A stretch of 64,000 bases of DNA, taken from positions 341,646-405,645 of the forward strand of contig NMRA01000252.1 of NCBI GenBank assembly GCA_002633005.1, given 5' to 3'. Below are positions 58,701 to 64,000 of the stretch, in pieces. A program made the translations under genes and the position numbers. Source of the stretch: Phoronis australis (Eukaryota; Animalia; Phoronida). The notes beneath the pieces are model-generated. The model saw only the letters and a list, made by a program, of their open reading frames with translations. It was not told where the DNA came from and ran no database searches. The stretch's first letter is position 1. Each line of letters begins with the position of its first letter.

Positions 58701-61700
58701 GGATTACGTGATGTTGACACTGCGGTAAGCACTTCGTCAGCTGCATAGAAAACGAAAACAATGTCGGGGTCATTGTCATAAATTTTATCTACGGTCATTC
58801 AAAAACTCACCATCAACGTTTCCGTCCAAAATGATCAGGACAATGAATGTAAACAAATGTTTACACAGCCAAACTCACGTCCAGTATTTTTCACGCAATT
58901 GAGGAGACGCGTGGCGAGTTTAGACTTACCAAAATATTTTCACAATATTTTGAAAACTAAAGTAAACTATCTTCACTAATTCTTTTCCTCAGTTGTTGAC
59001 CCGTATATTAGCTGCTCAACAAATGTCACCAAACATCACATATATATTTACTATGATGTCCATGTGACGTTATTTTGACTGCCAAGGAAAATGAAGCTGA
59101 AAATGTGAGCTGACGATGAACCAGTTGCGTTATGAACGCTTCAGTGTCAAGTGGACATAACTGTGATCTCTACAGTCGGCCAATATCTGTCTGTCTGTGC
59201 GTCCAGTTTCAGTGGTGTGTCAAAATGACAGGAATTTTTATTTGTTTTCTCCCATGGTGTGACAGAAATAAGCAAAATGTGAACGTCCATCAATTTTTTG
59301 TGACCATCAATTCAACATTGTTTTCAACATTCCACTGTCTTCCTTTAATTGTATCAACAAGGGCGTAAAAGAATGAACTAGAATTTATTGACAAAATTCC
59401 AGGATAAACGACATCGTAATATCCATAATGTAACGAAATAACAGAACACCCGACTAGAATTTTAATGCTGAAAATAAAACTTGAGACGAAAAGCGCATCC
59501 TACGGGCTGTAAATAGTGTATCGACCAGGTGTGAAAATGCCTGCGGAGCGACGGGTCATTAAAATTCAATAGGCCGTCAGGTAGATGTCGGACTATCTCA
59601 ACTGGTTTTGTGGTCAGGAATTCCCAAATGGCAAATTGATAGCAATGAATTCAAAGAAAGGTTCAACGACAGAGTGAATGCCGCGGGGGGCGATTGGACA
59701 CTTGTTGCGCGTCCCGCTGTCATACGACCGTTGACTGCTCCCTGCTGCGGGATCGCAATTGGCGATGTGGGCGCCTATGGCGACGGTTGGAGCGTCATTG
59801 AAATGCTTGCGCGCCCTGCGTCCGCGCGTGGTAGGCTGTCCAGTGAAATTACCTGGTGGCGATATCATTGTTAAGCAATGGCGGTATAAAAGAGGTTTAT
59901 CTAGCCAGACAAAACGCGTGGAGTGAAACTGCATGACAAGAGATGTAAAAATGAACCAACTTTATTGCTAAACCTATTCTACTTTTTGTTCCCAGGCAAT
60001 GGTCGATTTTCAACATATTCAAGAAATATATGAATGAGGTAAAACTAGAAAGGAAATCAGAGAATAAGAAAGCCGAAAAACGGATTTCGAGATTTGCCAG
60101 TTTTTATTAGACTTTTGAACTTAGAATTGACCAAATAGTAAAAACAGTACACTGCACGGCATTCCAGCATCTATTTGATTTATTTATTAACATTTGCCAA
60201 AGCAACAAAACATTAAAATCCTTTGTCTCATTACAAATCTCCATCCCGCAGTTGTCCAGGAGACAATCGTTGATTCAAAGCAGGTGACTTTATGAGTTTT
60301 AAAAAACACGTGAATGGAGAAGCGCGTGCGTGTGTAGAGGACAGGAAGGGTATCTGGGGGGCTGTACCGAGGGCACAGAGTCAGCGTTCCCCTCACGTTC
60401 CGCACGAGCGTTCTCATCAACAGTGCATTCCTTATGAAGGGAGATATTTTTTACAAACTAATTCTGCTCCTGTAAACCGCTGTTTTTTACGACCAAACGT
60501 CGAGCGTGCTTGGTACACATCCAAATCTCGCTATAACTTTATATGTGGTTTATGACAAAATAGTTGTATAGGTAAAAATAAAATTGCGACAAAGTGGTCA
60601 GCCATTCGCGTGAAAAGAAGTACACATATTTATTAATCATTTGCCTAATTAGGGTAGTCACCGGAATTAGTTTTTCTGTGACGCGTACCTAGACAGAGTC
60701 ACCTCTGTCAACAATATGAAATTAATACGAGTTACTGAAAATTCACCATTAATTAAATTAACTTAAAAAACTCTTTTGAATGTAGAATAACATTGTTTTT
60801 ACCAGTTCCATGTTTTAACAGCTTTAATTGTATTTATTGAGCTCTTACGTCGGGCTAAGTTAATGTTTTTTCTTGATTTTCAACTAACAAACGTTGCTGC
60901 TGAGATTGAGAATTAAGCTGGTTGGCCAATGGCCAGCACTTTCTCAATACGTCATGAACACGTGTACGTCACAGAAGTCGATAGTCTTCTAAGGTTTTTC
61001 AAATTATGGACCAGTTAATATGAATGTGTTCATAATAACGTGATGATTAAAGGCCACGTTAACTGGTTCTAACTAGTTGCACGCTATATACCTCACGTTA
61101 TGAGCAGAACATAAATGCAATGGTTGTTCATGCATCAATTACTTTTTACGTCATGCGTTTTGAAAATTGTCGCTTTCCCTTTAAAAAAGATATATAAACG
61201 TAGTACATCTTGATGCGCAGTAATCTGATTAGAGCAGACGAATCCACATGTAACCATACAGGGTCACGTGACCTTCTGGTTCTTTGAATATAAAGTCCTA
61301 TTCTAATACATCACTTCTATTGCCTTTTACTTGAGCTTATGTAGAAAATTGTCGACAAATGTGTGAATTTAGCCAACTATCCACAAAACTATGGATTGAC
61401 TCAATAAAGTATGTATGATTTGATTATTAACTTTTTACCAGCCTGCCATAAATTGGGTCACTTGACCATGTCTTTTAGTAAATTTAACAAAATTAAAAGA
61501 TCCAGTGTCGTCAACACAATGTTCAGTGTCTATTTTACGGACAAATTTCATCTGATATGAAAGTTCAAGATGGAATGCCAAAAACGAGGGTACATTTTTC
61601 TAAAGTATCACTCTGTTTTTATTTTGTGAAAACATTGAGTATATTCATGCAAATCAAAAAAGTGTAATTTGTTTAAGACTCTTCATTCAACAATGGAATG

Positions 61701-62093
61701 TTTTACTGTTCATAAGAGTATGTTGAAGAACGACGTAAACTGTATGAAGCATGATATATGACGCATAATATACAGGTATGAAGCAGGATATATGAAGCAT
61801 AATATACAGGTATGAAGCATAATGTATGACAGTTTCATACCAGTCCGATATTCAATTTCTCAGGTATGATGTTCCAAATTTAGGCAAGTATGGACATCTC
61901 TCTCAGGTCCTATATAACCTTTTGTCTTTTATCGTGCCATGTTCAATGAAGCGAGTATACAATGAACCCTTATAATATATCACAAGGTCTGATTCAATGC
62001 AAAACGTATGGCACGCTCACTTACCCGTGTTCGTGTAATCGTCTGCAGGCGGATCCAGTTTGTCCAGAGCAAACCCTGCATCCATCACGTCCC
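28576..62093 (-). CDS. LMX1: LIM-homeobox transcription factor, Lmx1 class (5' end may extend beyond the window)
   Basis: Exons 62025-62093, 56812-56995 (LIM1), 34613-34830 (LIM2), 32206-32342 and 31200-31277 (homeodomain), 30314-30407, 29654-29701, 28576-28751. Phases are consistent; ~331 aa from the ATG at 62085. Homeodomain [55 protein letters not shown] and C-terminal [14 protein letters not shown] are Lmx-diagnostic. Confidence 0.95.
29727..29883. repeat. Minisatellite, 23 bp x~7
   Basis: Unit tcttcagaataagttggtttcag. Confidence 0.95.
31200..31277 (-). CDS. LMX1: Lmx1 homeodomain exon, helices 2-3
   Basis: [26 protein letters not shown]; tttacag acceptor, gtaagt donor. Confidence 0.95.
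31721..32157. mobile_element. MITE carrying a nested related MITE (31825-31981)
   Basis: Outer termini cataggtggatttag..ctagatccgccactg flanked by catga/catga; inner termini cagtggtggatttag..ctggatccgcccctg flanked by ggcag/ggcag. Confidence 0.75.
32206..32342 (-). CDS. LMX1: Lmx1 homeodomain exon, N-terminal half
   Basis: [30 protein letters not shown]; tttgcag acceptor, gtaagt donor. Confidence 0.95.
33601..34479. mobile_element. MITE with the same termini as 31721-32157
   Basis: cataggcggatttagggggg..tatcctagatccgccactg; flanks atgccg / atgcg. Confidence 0.65.
34183..34260 (+). other. tRNA-derived Pol III-like element (SINE head or tRNA pseudogene)
   Basis: A-box-like TGATGTAATGG (34190-34200), B-box GTTCGAGTC (~34234), then T-rich tracts. 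No closing acceptor stem. Confidence 0.55.
34613..34830 (-). CDS. LMX1: Lmx1 exon encoding LIM domain 2
   Basis: [63 protein letters not shown]; tttcag acceptor, gtgagt donor. Confidence 0.95.
43440..43710. repeat. Degenerate (ATT)n microsatellite
   Basis: Long att/atc/gtt triplet run. Confidence 0.95.
55449..55554. repeat. Tandem repeat, 34 bp x3
   Basis: Unit aatatagtgtatgaggtatgaaggctgacgatat. Confidence 0.95.
56812..56995 (-). CDS. LMX1: Lmx1 exon encoding LIM domain 1
   Basis: [53 protein letters not shown]; ttttccag acceptor, gtaagt donor. Absent from the ORF track. Confidence 0.95.
61742..61830. repeat. Degenerate tandem repeat, ~34 bp
   Basis: gtatgaagca.gatatatga.gcataatatacag repeated ~2.5 times. 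Confidence 0.8.
62025..62093 (-). CDS. LMX1: Lmx1 N-terminal exon
   Basis: tttcag acceptor and G|gtaagt donor; [22 protein letters not shown]; phase-1 end joins the LIM1 exon in frame; ATG at 62085. Confidence 0.65.
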
Positions 62094-62679
62094 CTGAAAC
62101 AATTCATGATTACTTAATTTAGTCATCTGTTTGCAAACATTTAAATATAGTTAGCAAACACACAATTGTGAGCTTATCATAGTCCGTATTACAGTGCGAA
62201 TAAGTCAAATCATAAACAAACTAGCGACGCCTGGTGTGGTAGTGAAATTCAAATATAATTTTGATTATTTCGTATTTCTTAAAAACGTTTGATTGCGTGT
62301 GGCAAGATCATATTTTGGGAATAAAATTAAACTAGATTAGTTAGCGGGCAAATTTGTTTCACGAAATTTTCAACTAAAAAGATGTGAAGAGTATATATTT
62401 AAGGCCGCATTTTGTCCTGTTTATGTGGTTAGCTATAACAAAAATTGAATTAATCCTTTCTTTCTCATGAAATCGACCTTGTAACATTTTTCAACGTGCC
62501 AGGACACTGTTTCGGTTAGCAAGTTGATTACAACCGATGCGTGCACACTCCATTTTAATTCTTAAGTTTAGGGTGGATCAAGCACAAGGAACTGTAAGGC
62601 GTTTTCACGAGTCGCTGATGATTGTCCTTGTTGGTAGCGCAAATTAAGTCATATCGCTATAAGCAATATAAACGTAATA

Positions 62680-62805
62680 TTATAATTAAATTATTATTAC
62701 TATTTTTGTTATTATTACTTTTGTTGCTGTTATTGTTATTGTTATTATTTCTATTATTATTGTTATTAGTATTAGCATTATTATTTATTTTTGTTATTAA
62801 TATAA
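62680..62805. repeat. Degenerate (TTA/TTG)n microsatellite
   Basis: Triplet run. Confidence 0.9.
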
Positions 62806-63473
62806 TGAGAGAAAGTTGCCTAATGACATTAGTCAGGTAAAAGATGCAAAATTGAGCTACAGTGAACAGAGTCGGTGTGAGAGTATTGACAAGCTGTGAA
62901 TTAGCAAGATAATAAAGTTTTACCTGGATTGCTGTCTTAGTTTTTATGATAAAATGTATTATCAAAATAGGCAATGGTACCAATGTGGGGAAAAGTAAAG
63001 TGTTTGTCAATAAAATCACATGGAACAAAGATTGTGGACAAGATTTCTCAATCACACCAACTATGTTGCAAACATTTTCACAACATGATACAAAGTGATT
63101 TTCGTATCGATTTGTTAGAAATGATCAAACTATTTCGAAATTATAATGTTTAGGTCATAATGTAGGACGGATATACCCATCTAAATAACGAATTTCATTG
63201 TTGCATTTGTCTTGGTCAAACAATTTAACTAAAACTGCCAACCTAGTCGATCCAGACTGTACTGTGTACTGCAGCCTGTGATCGTATAACGAAGCTCAAG
63301 TCTCACATATGACGAAGACCCGATCGCCTGAACCTCTATACGGGTCGTCGGTCATTTTCATAAAAAACACTGCATAACAAAGTTCACGCTAGTGTATAAC
63401 TATGATCACGTGATACGATATCTTGAGTAATGATAGACAACTCTGAAGCAGACGACTTGTAGCTTTCTCTTGC

Positions 63474-63517
<44 letters not shown>

Positions 63518-63757
63518 GATGTCTGAATGCAACTGCATTTAACTATGCAACTGCGCACATAACAAATTCCCGTACATGTATACTGGTTAGGCTTGGTCTT
63601 GAGGTGGCCCATGCTGATGGTGGGGGTGGTAATAATAATAATAATAATAACAACAACAACAACAACAATAATAATAACAATAATAATAATAATGGCGATA
63701 ATGATGGTGTTGATGATGATGACGATAATGATAATAATGGTAATAATAACAATAATT
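63474..63757. repeat. (AAT)n and (AAC/GAT)n microsatellites
   Basis: Perfect aat run 63474-63517 and mixed run ~63630-63757. Confidence 0.95.
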
Positions 63758-64000
63758 TGTTTCGATTTATTCCTTATTCGTATCTACCCATCTGGAGTTT
63801 CTCGTAGAATGTATTGTTCGTTAAAATTTAATTTTTAAATTAGCAACAAAAAGATTACAAAATGATAGTAGAATTTTGCAACCTGTTTAGGAAGAGAATG
63901 GTGGAATGTCCACAATGCTCACAAAGTTTGCTCAGTTGATCAGCAGAATAATAACAAGCAACTATCAATAATCTTCCATCAAAACCATTGGCCGGAGAAC

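Noticed and set aside
59608-59934. Overlapping 88- and 106-aa ORFs in the GC-rich patch
   Set aside because: No recognisable domain or splice context; open frames are expected in GC-rich sequence.

Overview
This is AT-rich, intron-rich animal (invertebrate-like) genomic DNA with no prokaryotic features. Four spliced genes were rebuilt by hand from GT..AG junctions with consistent phase: (1) a 2-exon, 70-aa single-transmembrane microprotein (+, 1103-2478); (2) NELF-E (-, 14797 to 6540), with part of its RRM lost in an assembly gap; (3) a 13-exon, ~666-aa uncharacterised nuclear protein with a GATA-like finger (C-x2-C-x38-CNAC) and a Q-rich tail (+, 14933-26443), head-to-head with NELF-E across 135 bp; (4) an Lmx1-class LIM-homeobox gene (-, 62093 to 28576) with a 22-kb intron between its LIM exons. 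Mobile DNA includes three TTAA-associated Kolobok-type elements, two showing THAP and KolX remnants and one truncated by the gap, plus an 8-bp-TSD hAT MITE, nested MITEs with apparent 5-bp TSDs, long palindromes, a tRNA-like element and many minisatellites, two of which duplicate splice acceptors. Family names rest on recalled motifs, not database searches.
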